Positions 35,065-44,165 of a stretch of DNA of 64,000 nt are shown piece after piece. The stretch's first letter is position 1, and each line of letters begins with the position of its first letter. Below the pieces are notes generated by a model. The model had not been told where the DNA came from. It saw only the letters and a list, made by a program, of their open reading frames with translations, and did not search any database. Origin of the DNA: an uncultured Desulfatiglans sp. (GTDB taxonomy: Bacteria > Desulfobacterota > DSM-4660 > Desulfatiglandales > HGW-15); assembly GCA_964460435.1 (NCBI GenBank), contig CAYWRH010000001.1, forward strand, positions 32,543 through 96,542, given 5' to 3'. The position numbers and the translations under genes were made by a program.

Positions 35065-36714
35065 ATGGTGAAAAAATTGTTGTTTAAAAAATTGATAACC
35101 TTATATATTACATTTTTAATCAGCCTGTTCATGCTTGGTGGCTGCACATATGTGGATAAGGTTAAAGAGATAAATTCAACCCCTGCAATTATGGTCATCC
35201 CTGCTGAAAAGGTTCAGCAGATAGACATGATCGAGCTGAAAAAGGCCGATGATGAGGCGCCTGTGAAGCCTGAGACAGCTGAACCTGAAAAGGCAGAGTA
35301 TGCACTTTCTCTTGAGGAGTGCCGTGCCCTTATGCTTGAGAATAATCTTGATCTGAGGGTGCAGCTTATTAGCCCTGCTATTGAAAAAGAAAATGTAAAG
35401 CAGGCAGAGGCAAGCAAGTTTGAAGCCACCTTTACCGGTAACACAAGTTATTCTAAAGATAATACCCCGACAGATTCGCTTCTGGTAGGCTCCAGCAGTG
35501 AGAGGGTAAGTATCAACCTTGGTGTAGATATCCCCTTAAGCACTGGCGGAACAGTCTCCTTTGATCTGGCGGATAACCTGAATAAGACCAATTCAACATG
35601 GGCAACATTGAACCCCTCATATAATTCAGGTTTAAGCGCCTCCATCAGTCAGCCCCTTTTAAAAAATGCAGGCCGCAGGGCATTCACTCATTCTATCCGC
35701 ATTGCCCAGTATAACAGCAGCATTACCGATCTGAGGACAAAGCTTGGCGCCATGCGCATAATAGCTGATGCAGACAGGGCATACTGGAATCTTTATGCTG
35801 CAAGAAAGATGCTTGAGGTGAGAAAACAGCAGTATGACCTTGCAAAGGCCACCCTTGATGAGACAGAACGTTTTGTTGAGGTGGGCGTAAAACCCAGGAT
35901 AGAGATAATAAGGACCAAGAGAGATCTTGCTGACAAACTCACAGCAATAATAGATGCGGAAAATATGGTTAAAGAGAGGGAGAGGGATCTTAAACGAATG
36001 CTCAATAAAAAGGGGCTTGGTATGGAGACAAAGACTGTCCTGATCCCATCCTCTTTGCCTGACCCTGTGCGCTATGAATTTGACAGAGATAATATGGTGA
36101 AAAATGCCCTTGAAAACCGCATGGAACTCCTTGAACTTGAGCTTCAGCTTGAAATGGACAGCATGACTATAGAGTATAACCGCAACCAGACGCTTCCTGA
36201 CCTCTCATTTGAGTACAGGTATAATATAGATGGGCTTGGCGCTGACAGGAGCGATTCATATGATATGCTTACAGATAATGATTATCATGACCACCAGGTC
36301 GGCTTGCGTATGAATATACCTATTGGCAATAAAAGGGCCAAAAGCGAACTCAGGAAGTCCATTTATCAGCGTGCAAAGGACCTTTCCTCAAAAGAGAGTA
36401 AAGAGGCTGAGATCAAAAACGATGTCTTGAATAAGATAGATAAAGTGGAGGCAAAATGGCAGAGCATACTGGCGAGCAGGCAGAACACACTACTCTCTGA
36501 TGAACAGTACAGGGCGGAAAAACGTCAGTATGAACTGGGGCTTGTGAGCTCAAGGGATGTAATGGATGCGCAGACCAACCTTGCAGCAGCCCAGAGCGCA
36601 GAGATTACTGCCTTGACAGATTATCAGACAGCCCTTATTGATCTTGCCTATGCCACAGGCACGCTTCTTGGCGCAGCCAAGGTGGAGTGGGAGCCGGTTG
36701 TGCCTGCGGAATAG
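35065..36714 (+). CDS. TolC-family outer membrane efflux protein (lipoprotein-type OMF)
   Basis: I prefer ATG 35065 (MVKKLLFKKLITLYITFLISLFMLGGC, lipobox LGGC). The two OEP repeats show typical motifs: LSLEECRALMLENNLDLR and ADRAYWNLYAARKMLEV. Confidence 0.85.
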   Translation: MVKKLLFKKLITLYITFLISLFMLGGCTYVDKVKEINSTPAIMVIPAEKVQQIDMIELKKADDEAPVKPETAEPEKAEYALSLEECRALMLENNLDLRVQLISPAIEKENVKQAEASKFEATFTGNTSYSKDNTPTDSLLVGSSSERVSINLGVDIPLSTGGTVSFDLADNLNKTNSTWATLNPSYNSGLSASISQPLLKNAGRRAFTHSIRIAQYNSSITDLRTKLGAMRIIADADRAYWNLYAARKMLEVRKQQYDLAKATLDETERFVEVGVKPRIEIIRTKRDLADKLTAIIDAENMVKERERDLKRMLNKKGLGMETKTVLIPSSLPDPVRYEFDRDNMVKNALENRMELLELELQLEMDSMTIEYNRNQTLPDLSFEYRYNIDGLGADRSDSYDMLTDNDYHDHQVGLRMNIPIGNKRAKSELRKSIYQRAKDLSSKESKEAEIKNDVLNKIDKVEAKWQSILASRQNTLLSDEQYRAEKRQYELGLVSSRDVMDAQTNLAAAQSAEITALTDYQTALIDLAYATGTLLGAAKVEWEPVVPAE

Positions 36715-36760
36715 CAGAATTCAGGATAGCTGCTGTTTCTTATCTTGATGGATGCATGAA

Positions 36761-36835
36761 GGGGCACAGTGCACTGTGCCCCCGTGTAGGTATTTAGCAC
36801 ATTGCCAGCAGGGGCACGCTGCGGCGTTCCCCTAC
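36761..36835 (+). terminator. Two GC-rich hairpins downstream of the OMF gene (terminator and/or REP-like element)
   Basis: A perfect 22-nt palindrome GGGGCACAGTGCACTGTGCCCC lies at 36761-36782. A second hairpin GGGGCACGC-tgcg-GCGTTCCCC lies at about 36811-36832. Neither has a strong U-tract. Confidence 0.45.
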
Positions 36836-36952
36836 ATAAAGATTCCTGCCTGAAACATGATCAAAATAGATGGTTGTATTTTTTAAGATAATAGAATAAT
36901 CAGATACAAATATTCTCCATATACCTGATATGAAAGGAACGGGATAACACAA

Positions 36953-37744
36953 ATGGCTGATGAAACATTAAACCTTGAAAAATACCTTGAAAGGATAGAC
37001 TACAAAGGAAGCACAAAGACGACTGAAGAGACGCTTCGCGATCTGCACATCTGCCATACACTGAATGTCCCGTTTGAAAACCTGGATGTATTTTACGGAA
37101 GGCCGCCGCTCCTTGATGAGGCATCTCTATATAACAAGATTGTCAAAAACCGGCGGGGCGGTTACTGCTTTGAGATGAACGGGATATTCTCCATTGTCCT
37201 TAAAAAGATCGGGTTTAATGTTACAGACCTCCTTGCAAGGGTGACGATCGACGGCATTAACTATACTGCAAAGACACATCAGGTGCTCCTTGTTGAAACA
37301 GGCAAGGCCAGGTGGCTTGTTGATGTGGGGTTTGGGAACGATGGTATCATTGCCCCGCTGCTTCTGGATGAAGATCGGGAACAGAAACAGTTTGCCCACC
37401 AATACAGGGTATTAAAAGAGACGAGGTTTGGCGGGTACCTGCTTCAGAAAAGGGCAGGGGATATATTTAACAGCATGTATGCCTTTACCATTGAAAGGTG
37501 CTACCCGGATGATTTTGTCATGTCCAACCATTTTACAGCAACATTCCCAGGTTCATTCTTCAGGATGATGCGCATGTGCACTATGCCCACAAAGGAGGGG
37601 CGCATCACCCTCACAGATACCCATTACAAGGTGATAAAAAACGGAGATATATCTGAACTCCCCATAAAGGGTGATGAGGAGTTCAACAGGTATCTAAAAA
37701 GTTCCTTCAGACTTGACCTTAATAGTGTAATGGCACCAAGCTAA
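36953..37744 (+). CDS. Arylamine N-acetyltransferase (NAT family)
   Basis: 263 aa. YLERIDYKG...LRDLHICHTLNVPFENLDV, then catalytic Cys in RRGGYCFEMNG, His in KTHQVLLV and Asp in VDVGFG. Confidence 0.85.
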   Translation: MADETLNLEKYLERIDYKGSTKTTEETLRDLHICHTLNVPFENLDVFYGRPPLLDEASLYNKIVKNRRGGYCFEMNGIFSIVLKKIGFNVTDLLARVTIDGINYTAKTHQVLLVETGKARWLVDVGFGNDGIIAPLLLDEDREQKQFAHQYRVLKETRFGGYLLQKRAGDIFNSMYAFTIERCYPDDFVMSNHFTATFPGSFFRMMRMCTMPTKEGRITLTDTHYKVIKNGDISELPIKGDEEFNRYLKSSFRLDLNSVMAPS

Positions 37745-37765
37745 TCCGTTATTATTTACATGCGT

Positions 37766-38605
37766 CTACTTTTTAGGCGCTGGCAGATCACAACCATTCG
37801 GGCAGACAGTGAGCGTGTGCACATACCGCACCCGCCCGTTTTCAACCCTGAACATGTGTGTATCAGGCCAGCCATTCTTTTCACCAAAATCAACCATTCC
37901 TACAACCACGCCCATATCAACATCCACAATAAAGCGGCGGTTCGTAATCTCTATGCTGCCCTCAAGCGGCGGACCCCCGGTGCATGATGCATCAGGCTTG
38001 TTTTCAGGGTTTGTATATCTGCCACCTTCAAGTCTTTCACAGGGGATATTCCATGGTACCTCTTTTAAAGCAGAAGAGTCTTTGAATACATTAAAATAGG
38101 CATTTGCTATACGGATCAGGTTCTGCCGGTCGCTTCTCATTTCAGGAGCAAGGATATCCCATTTTTCTTTAGGGGAATATTTCAGATAAGTCTCTGCATT
38201 GAACAGCCAGTCATCCTTATTTGTTATTAGCGCCTCTATCTCGGTAACCTTGCCATCTGATATTTTAATCCTTGTGCCCATAACATACGGATCTGTTGCG
38301 GTTGCGCCTATTACCTCGGTAAAGGTCTCGCAGGCCTCGGTGTCGATCACGGTGCGGTAAAAATCAACAATCATTGGCCCCTTCCATATCCCTTCGGTAA
38401 AAGAATATGGCTTCCTGTTTTCTATATATTTTGCACCTGTTGCAAGGGGCATCAAAGATGAGTCCCCTTTCTTAATGGCGCTGATATAGACATCAGCCAC
38501 AGCAGCAAGATTCTCCCTTTTACAGGATTTATCCATCTCAGCCGCCTGGATATTCTGAAAAAAACATACGGTAAAGAGTAACGCAAATACTATTATACGA
38601 GACAT
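37766..38605 (-). CDS. Exported hypothetical protein
   Basis: I prefer the start at MSRIIVFALLFTVCFFQNIQA (signal peptide). The mature part is about 260 aa and contains several Cys. I do not recognise the family. Confidence 0.5.
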   Translation of the reverse strand: MSRIIVFALLFTVCFFQNIQAAEMDKSCKRENLAAVADVYISAIKKGDSSLMPLATGAKYIENRKPYSFTEGIWKGPMIVDFYRTVIDTEACETFTEVIGATATDPYVMGTRIKISDGKVTEIEALITNKDDWLFNAETYLKYSPKEKWDILAPEMRSDRQNLIRIANAYFNVFKDSSALKEVPWNIPCERLEGGRYTNPENKPDASCTGGPPLEGSIEITNRRFIVDVDMGVVVGMVDFGEKNGWPDTHMFRVENGRVRYVHTLTVCPNGCDLPAPKK

Positions 38606-38849
38606 ACGCCCTCCCTTTTTTAATGGATAGTTAAATTGATGAGAATGAGATTGAAGCATAGGTTTGGTTTATTTATGAGTCAAGAAAAATTTGGTCCATA
38701 TACCACGCTCACTAAACAGCATGGCTTGTAGAATAGACTGGAAAAGAACCCTGTTTTAGTATATCTCAGGGGTGTGTAAATGCCGAGGTTGTTGCCTTTT
38801 TCTAGCCGGCATGTGAATATAGATTGTAGAAGGTTGATAAATATTTGTT

Positions 38850-40337
38850 ATGCTTCTTATACATCCACCAATAGCAAAACCGTGTGAGCCCCCTGCTGGT
38901 ATTGCAAGGCTAGCTGCTGCCATCACTGATTACCCTGTGACTGTTATTGACGCCAACCTGGATATTATCCTGAGATCAATACATAAAGAGATGATCACGG
39001 ATGATACATGGACACGCAGGGCAAAAAAGAACCTTAATGCCCATCTTGATTATATAAAAAAAAATAGAAAGTGGAGCGCAGACAGGTACATAAGGGCTGT
39101 AATGGATATCAACCGTCTGCTTGAGAGGTCTGTGCAATCAGATGGCATCAGGGTTAATTTAGGGAACTACCAGGATGACAACCTTTCCCCTGTAAGAAGC
39201 AGCGATCTTTTGCAGGCGGCAGAAACATTTGAAAAGAGCCCCTTTTATCCCTTTTTCAGGGATGCAGTTACACCCCATGATGACGGGCTCATAGGCATAT
39301 CCCTGAATTTTCTGAGCCAGGCGATCCCTGCCTTTGCCATAACAGGGTATATTAAGAAAAAGTACCCCGATGTAAAAATCATAATGGGCGGCGGGCTTGT
39401 TACATCATGGATAAAAGGCCCAGGCTGGAAAAACCATTTTAATGGCCTGGTGGATAAGATGGTGGCAGGCCCGGGAGAGGGTTACCTCCGTGAGTTGTTA
39501 AATATGGGTGCATCTCCAAACCATGTCAGTCCGGGCTATGACCTTTTTCCTGTAAATGATTATATCTCTCCGGGATTTATTCTGCCCTACAGTGCCTCCA
39601 GCGGCTGCTGGTGGCAAAGGTGCCGGTTTTGCCCTGAAAGGGCAGAGGGTAACCCATATAAACCCATCCTCCCTGATCTTGTTTTGGATGATCTCTCATC
39701 TCTAATAGAGAAACACAGGCCATCCATGATACATATACTGGATAATGCCATAAGCCCTGCCCTGTTAAAACGCATGATAGAGCGCCCGCTCAATACACCC
39801 TGGTACGGGTTTGTGCGCATAACCGATCATTTTAAAGACTCTGATTTCTGCATGGGGTTAAAGAGGTCTGGGTGCGCCATGCTCAAGATAGGCATAGAGT
39901 CTGGGGATCAGGAGGTGCTTGATGCCTTAGATAAAGGGATGAATCTTGAAACAGCATCCATTGCCCTGAAAAATCTTAAGGATGCAGGCATATCTACCTA
40001 CCTCTATTTTCTGTTCGGCACACCATCGGAAGGAGAGAAAGAGGCGATGCATACAATGGAGTTTGTCAAAAGTCACCATGAGTATATAGGATTTTTAAAC
40101 CTTGCCATATTTAACATGCCTTTAAACAGCCCTGATGCTGTTAAATATGGGACAGGGGAATTCTATGAAGGAGACCTCTCACTATATTCCAGCTTTGAAC
40201 ACCCGAAGGGGTGGGACAGGGGAAAGGTACGGGCATTTCTGGATAATGAGTTCAAAAAAGATCCCGGTATAAGGGAGATTATCAAAAGGAATCCGCCCTT
40301 TTTCACATCCAATCATGCGGCATTCTTTAGCAGATAA
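38850..40337 (+). CDS. B12-binding-domain radical SAM protein
   Basis: 495 aa. The N-terminus LLIHPPIAKPCEPPAGIARLAAAI...VIDANLD is typical of B12-binding rSAM enzymes. Cys cluster GCWWQRCRFC. GIESGDQEVL is the radical SAM GGE-like region. Confidence 0.8.
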   Translation: MLLIHPPIAKPCEPPAGIARLAAAITDYPVTVIDANLDIILRSIHKEMITDDTWTRRAKKNLNAHLDYIKKNRKWSADRYIRAVMDINRLLERSVQSDGIRVNLGNYQDDNLSPVRSSDLLQAAETFEKSPFYPFFRDAVTPHDDGLIGISLNFLSQAIPAFAITGYIKKKYPDVKIIMGGGLVTSWIKGPGWKNHFNGLVDKMVAGPGEGYLRELLNMGASPNHVSPGYDLFPVNDYISPGFILPYSASSGCWWQRCRFCPERAEGNPYKPILPDLVLDDLSSLIEKHRPSMIHILDNAISPALLKRMIERPLNTPWYGFVRITDHFKDSDFCMGLKRSGCAMLKIGIESGDQEVLDALDKGMNLETASIALKNLKDAGISTYLYFLFGTPSEGEKEAMHTMEFVKSHHEYIGFLNLAIFNMPLNSPDAVKYGTGEFYEGDLSLYSSFEHPKGWDRGKVRAFLDNEFKKDPGIREIIKRNPPFFTSNHAAFFSR

Positions 40338-40348
40338 CCGCTGTTTAA

Positions 40349-41812
40349 TTATGAGTATCTTTTAATATACTCCGCCACCTTTACCTTTCTAGCTGTATTT
40401 GCCGAACTCATGTACCGCACCTTGCCGAATATCTCCCTTTCAGGCCCCCAGGCGCGGTCGTATCTCCCCAGAATCCAGAATATACCGCTGTATGAGTTTG
40501 GGTCCCGGCCATCAAGGGCATACTTGTTATTAAGGTGAATCATTGTTTCAAGCGCCCTTTCAGGTGTTGGTGACCATTCAAGTATCTTTTTACCCCAGAG
40601 CATCCGTAAATAGTTATGTATCTTGCCTTCCCTTATAAGCTGAACCTGGGCTGCATTCCAGAGGGGGTCATGGGTAAGGGCATTTTCAAACTGCTCTACT
40701 GAATAGATATATTCCCTGCTATCCATTTCATGAATTTTAAGAGTTTGCCTTGCCCATCCGGGTAGTGATTTAAACTTCTCATAATCCTTATTATATCTGC
40801 ACATGTTGAAGCCAAGCTCGCGCCAGGTGATAAGCTGATCAAGAAACGCCTCGGCAGATTTACCCATTCCCCACCACCCCTCTTTCTGCCCTCTTGTATA
40901 ATCTGACAGTTTTCCCGGATGCCACTCTTGAGCCTCCTGTATCCTGCAAAATATCTCATGGCTGGAGATATGGCCGAAATGGAGGTATGGCGATAGATTG
41001 CTGGTTGCATCCTCGTGCGGGTCGTTTCGTTTTTCATCATAAAAGGCAAGTTTATCCCTGATAAAAAGATCAAGAAGTTCACGCCCCCTGCTGTATCCGC
41101 CAGCACCTTTGATCATTTTAACCCTATGATCTATAGGCAGTTTCCTTAATTCTGCCGGGTAGTTTTCAATGAATGATATGGAGGCAGGGGGCCATCTTTT
41201 AACAATATCATCAGGTAATTTTTCAGGCGCAGGGAGTGTGATGTTATCAAGCGGGGCCTCATGAGGATGCTCTATTATATAATCCGGGAGTCCCTTCTGT
41301 AAAAACCTGCGGAACGAATATGCTGTGGTAAAATCCCTCTCTGCCTTGCTCATGGGCATTAGCCCGTTTGAATCAACCTTTTCAATGAGAACAGGGAGTT
41401 TAACAGATATCCTGTCCAACATGGCCGGTATAAAAAAGGCAGGGAAATCATCTGTTACAACAAGAGATGATTTTTCTGCAAGTCTCAGAACAAGGCCGCT
41501 GCCCTTGCCTTTATCTAATTCAACATAGGGGTAATAAAGGATATTTTTCCCCTCTGCCTCATGGCTGTTATCCCTCATCCCATTGATAATAAACCCGTGA
41601 AACCTTTCGCTGGCCCATTCATAGTTGCAGTTAACAGCCTCAAGCACCACAATGGGTTTATCAAGCCTGACAGCCCATTCAATTGCCCTGTCAAGGCTGT
41701 AGTTCCATTTAAGGCGGCGGTTTGCTGTCATCCAGTAGAGGATAAACCCGCCATCATGGCGAATCCCCTTGTTGTTTAATTTTACTATCCTTGATTCGGG
41801 AACATGGCACAT
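40349..41812 (-). CDS. phr: Deoxyribodipyrimidine photolyase, class II type
   Basis: 487 aa. N-terminal FILYWMTANRRLKWNYSLDRAIEWA. C-terminal FAD-binding region NYLRMLWGKKILEW...NKYALDGRDPNSYSGIFWILGRYDRAWGPEREIFGKVRYMS. Confidence 0.9.
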   Translation of the reverse strand: MCHVPESRIVKLNNKGIRHDGGFILYWMTANRRLKWNYSLDRAIEWAVRLDKPIVVLEAVNCNYEWASERFHGFIINGMRDNSHEAEGKNILYYPYVELDKGKGSGLVLRLAEKSSLVVTDDFPAFFIPAMLDRISVKLPVLIEKVDSNGLMPMSKAERDFTTAYSFRRFLQKGLPDYIIEHPHEAPLDNITLPAPEKLPDDIVKRWPPASISFIENYPAELRKLPIDHRVKMIKGAGGYSRGRELLDLFIRDKLAFYDEKRNDPHEDATSNLSPYLHFGHISSHEIFCRIQEAQEWHPGKLSDYTRGQKEGWWGMGKSAEAFLDQLITWRELGFNMCRYNKDYEKFKSLPGWARQTLKIHEMDSREYIYSVEQFENALTHDPLWNAAQVQLIREGKIHNYLRMLWGKKILEWSPTPERALETMIHLNNKYALDGRDPNSYSGIFWILGRYDRAWGPEREIFGKVRYMSSANTARKVKVAEYIKRYS

Positions 41813-41928
41813 TTGTTGCCCTCCTGAATAAAAAAAAATTGATTTCAGTTTTCTTAAGTGGCAGCATAATTTTCATTATGTTATTGTACCAAGGCATCGG
41901 TATAAGATTACATGACGAGGGTATTTTA

Positions 41929-43779
41929 ATGAAAAATTTCCGCCTGCTCAATAACAGGATTATCATAATGGCCCTGCTAATGGTATTTTTAATTTCCACT
42001 ACAATCTCCGCCTTCAATAATAGTTCATCGGGTATACACTGGGGCATGCTTCTGATTGGTCTCTTGGGCGGCCTCGCCCTTTTCCTTTACGGTATGGCAA
42101 AGATGAGTGAGGGTATGAAAAAGACCTCTGGAAACCGGATGAGGGATATAATCCATGCCATCACAAAAAACAGGTTTATGGCCCTCTTAATAGGCGCATT
42201 TGTCACTATGGTGGTGCAGTCCAGCAGCGCAACAACAGTTATGCTGGTGAGTTTTGTCCAGGCCGGGCTTATGACCTTCAGCCAGTCGCTGGGTGTTATA
42301 CTAGGCGCAGATATAGGCACAACAGTAACAACCCAGCTTATAGCCTTTAATTTTGACGAATATGCCCTGCTTATTATAGCCATCGGGTTCGGGATGCACC
42401 TGATTGCAGGAAAGGAAAAGATAAAAAATATAGGTGAGATAATCCTTGGTTTTGGCATACTCTTTTACGGCATGAAGCTCATGAGCGATACAATGTCACC
42501 GCTTCGTGATTACCCCCTTTTTATAGAGACTATGGGCCGTCTCAAGTCCCCCCTGATGGGTCTTTTAATGGGAACGGTTTTTACCGGCCTCATACAGAGC
42601 AGCGCTGCTACCGCCGGCATTGTTATTGTGCTTGCCCAGCAGGGGCTTATAACCCTTGAAACAGGCATACCCATCATACTGGGGGCCAATATCGGGACAT
42701 GCGTTACCGCAGGGATTGCATCAATCAGCGCCTCCAGTGAAGCAAAACGGGTTGCCCTCGCACATGTTTGCTTCAAAGTCATCGGGGTGTTGATATTTAT
42801 CTTCTGGGTTCCTGGTTTTGCTGATCTTGTGAGATACATATCTGAAAGGTTTGAGAGCGATGTTGCGCGTCAGATAGCAAATGCCCATACCATTTTTAAT
42901 GTGAGCCTCGGCTTTTTCTTTTTGCCGATGATCAACCTCTTTTCAAGGCTCATGATAAAGATCCTGCCTGAAGGCGAAAAGAAGACAGATATTGAACTTA
43001 AGGCCAAATATCTTGATGACAAGAATATAGCTTCACCTGCGCTTGCCATAGAGCTGGCCAGAAGGGAGCTCTCATATATGGCCCAGATATTGAGCCGGAT
43101 GCTTAACACGGTTTTTATACCCTTTATATCAGGCAGTAAAGAGGCTGATAATCATGTCAACCTTTCAGATGATGAAAGGGAGTCGCTGCTGGATGAGATC
43201 CCCCGCACAGATGGGAAATATCCGAATCTTACACTATTTGAGGCCCTTGATGTGCGTGAAGAGCATATAGATTACCTGAATGACAGGGTGCAGGAGTTCC
43301 TTATCAATATCAGCAGACGGGAATCAACCGCCGCACAGGCAAATGAGCTGTACGGGCTTATCTCTATCTCAAGCGACATGGAAAGCATAGCTGACCTCAT
43401 TCACAGGAATCTCCTTAAACTGATACATAAGAAGAATGCCCTTGAGAGGGATTTTTCAAAAGAGGGAAGAGAGGAGCTGATGATATATCACGGCAAGGTG
43501 TTAAGGCAGATAGACCGGCTTGCAGAGGCGCTTGCTGAAAGAAACATTGAAAAGGCGATTGCCATTATGGGCAGGGAGAGAAAATACCTTGACCTTGAGG
43601 CCCAATACAGGATAAAGCATCTGGAAAGGGTGCGTCATGAAAAGCTTGACTCGGTTTTGACCCATGAAGTCCACATGGAACTCATGGATATCCTGAAGCA
43701 GATTGTTGTGTATACAAGCAATATTGCCAAGACATTCCTGACAAAATGCTACCCTGATCAGACAAGGGAAAAGGCGTAA
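41929..43779 (+). CDS. Na/Pi cotransporter family protein with C-terminal PhoU-like domains
   Basis: I prefer ATG 41929, because the ORF-track start 41791 overlaps the photolyase gene. Motifs: LFLYGMAKMSEGMKKTSGNRMR, QSSSATTVMLVSF, and the repeat QSSAATAGIVIVLA. Confidence 0.85.
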   Translation: MKNFRLLNNRIIIMALLMVFLISTTISAFNNSSSGIHWGMLLIGLLGGLALFLYGMAKMSEGMKKTSGNRMRDIIHAITKNRFMALLIGAFVTMVVQSSSATTVMLVSFVQAGLMTFSQSLGVILGADIGTTVTTQLIAFNFDEYALLIIAIGFGMHLIAGKEKIKNIGEIILGFGILFYGMKLMSDTMSPLRDYPLFIETMGRLKSPLMGLLMGTVFTGLIQSSAATAGIVIVLAQQGLITLETGIPIILGANIGTCVTAGIASISASSEAKRVALAHVCFKVIGVLIFIFWVPGFADLVRYISERFESDVARQIANAHTIFNVSLGFFFLPMINLFSRLMIKILPEGEKKTDIELKAKYLDDKNIASPALAIELARRELSYMAQILSRMLNTVFIPFISGSKEADNHVNLSDDERESLLDEIPRTDGKYPNLTLFEALDVREEHIDYLNDRVQEFLINISRRESTAAQANELYGLISISSDMESIADLIHRNLLKLIHKKNALERDFSKEGREELMIYHGKVLRQIDRLAEALAERNIEKAIAIMGRERKYLDLEAQYRIKHLERVRHEKLDSVLTHEVHMELMDILKQIVVYTSNIAKTFLTKCYPDQTREKA

Positions 43780-43781
43780 TT

Positions 43782-44090
43782 ATGGATAAGCTGAAAGGGT
43801 TTCAGAAAAAATATCTCAGGGGTCTGGCTCACAGCCTTAAACCTGTTGTGCTTATAGGTCAGAAGGGCTTTACAGATGAACTTATAAAGTCAACAGACCA
43901 GGCGCTTAACAGGCATGAGCTTATCAAGATTAAATTTAATGAGTTCAAGGAAAGGGAGCAGAAGGCGCTGATAACAGAGATGCTCTGCAAGGCAACAAAG
44001 GCCGAGGTTGCCGGCGCCATCGGCCATATGGTTATCTTGTACCGTGAACAAAAGGATCCAGACAAAAAGAGGATAGTGCTTCCTGAGTAG
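43782..44090 (+). CDS. yhbY: YhbY-like CRM-domain RNA-binding protein
   Basis: 102 aa. KLKGFQKKYLRGLAHSLKPVVLIGQKGFTDELIKSTDQALNRHELIKIKF matches the YhbY pattern. Confidence 0.85.
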   Translation: MDKLKGFQKKYLRGLAHSLKPVVLIGQKGFTDELIKSTDQALNRHELIKIKFNEFKEREQKALITEMLCKATKAEVAGAIGHMVILYREQKDPDKKRIVLPE

Positions 44091-44165
44091 AAGATTTATA
44101 GTCCTTTACAGAATTTGATTTTCTTTTCACCCGAACAGTAACAAATCTTAAAAGAGGTTATATGA

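Noticed and set aside
40337-40349. Absence of any terminator between the convergent radical SAM and photolyase genes, which are separated by 11 nt.
   Set aside because: I noted this only as compact gene packing. No structure can be inferred from 11 nt.
41791-41928. An extended N-terminus of the Na/Pi transporter ORF that overlaps the photolyase start.
   Set aside because: The extension overlaps the divergent gene and translates to AT-rich, low-complexity sequence. ATG 41929 precedes the first hydrophobic helix.
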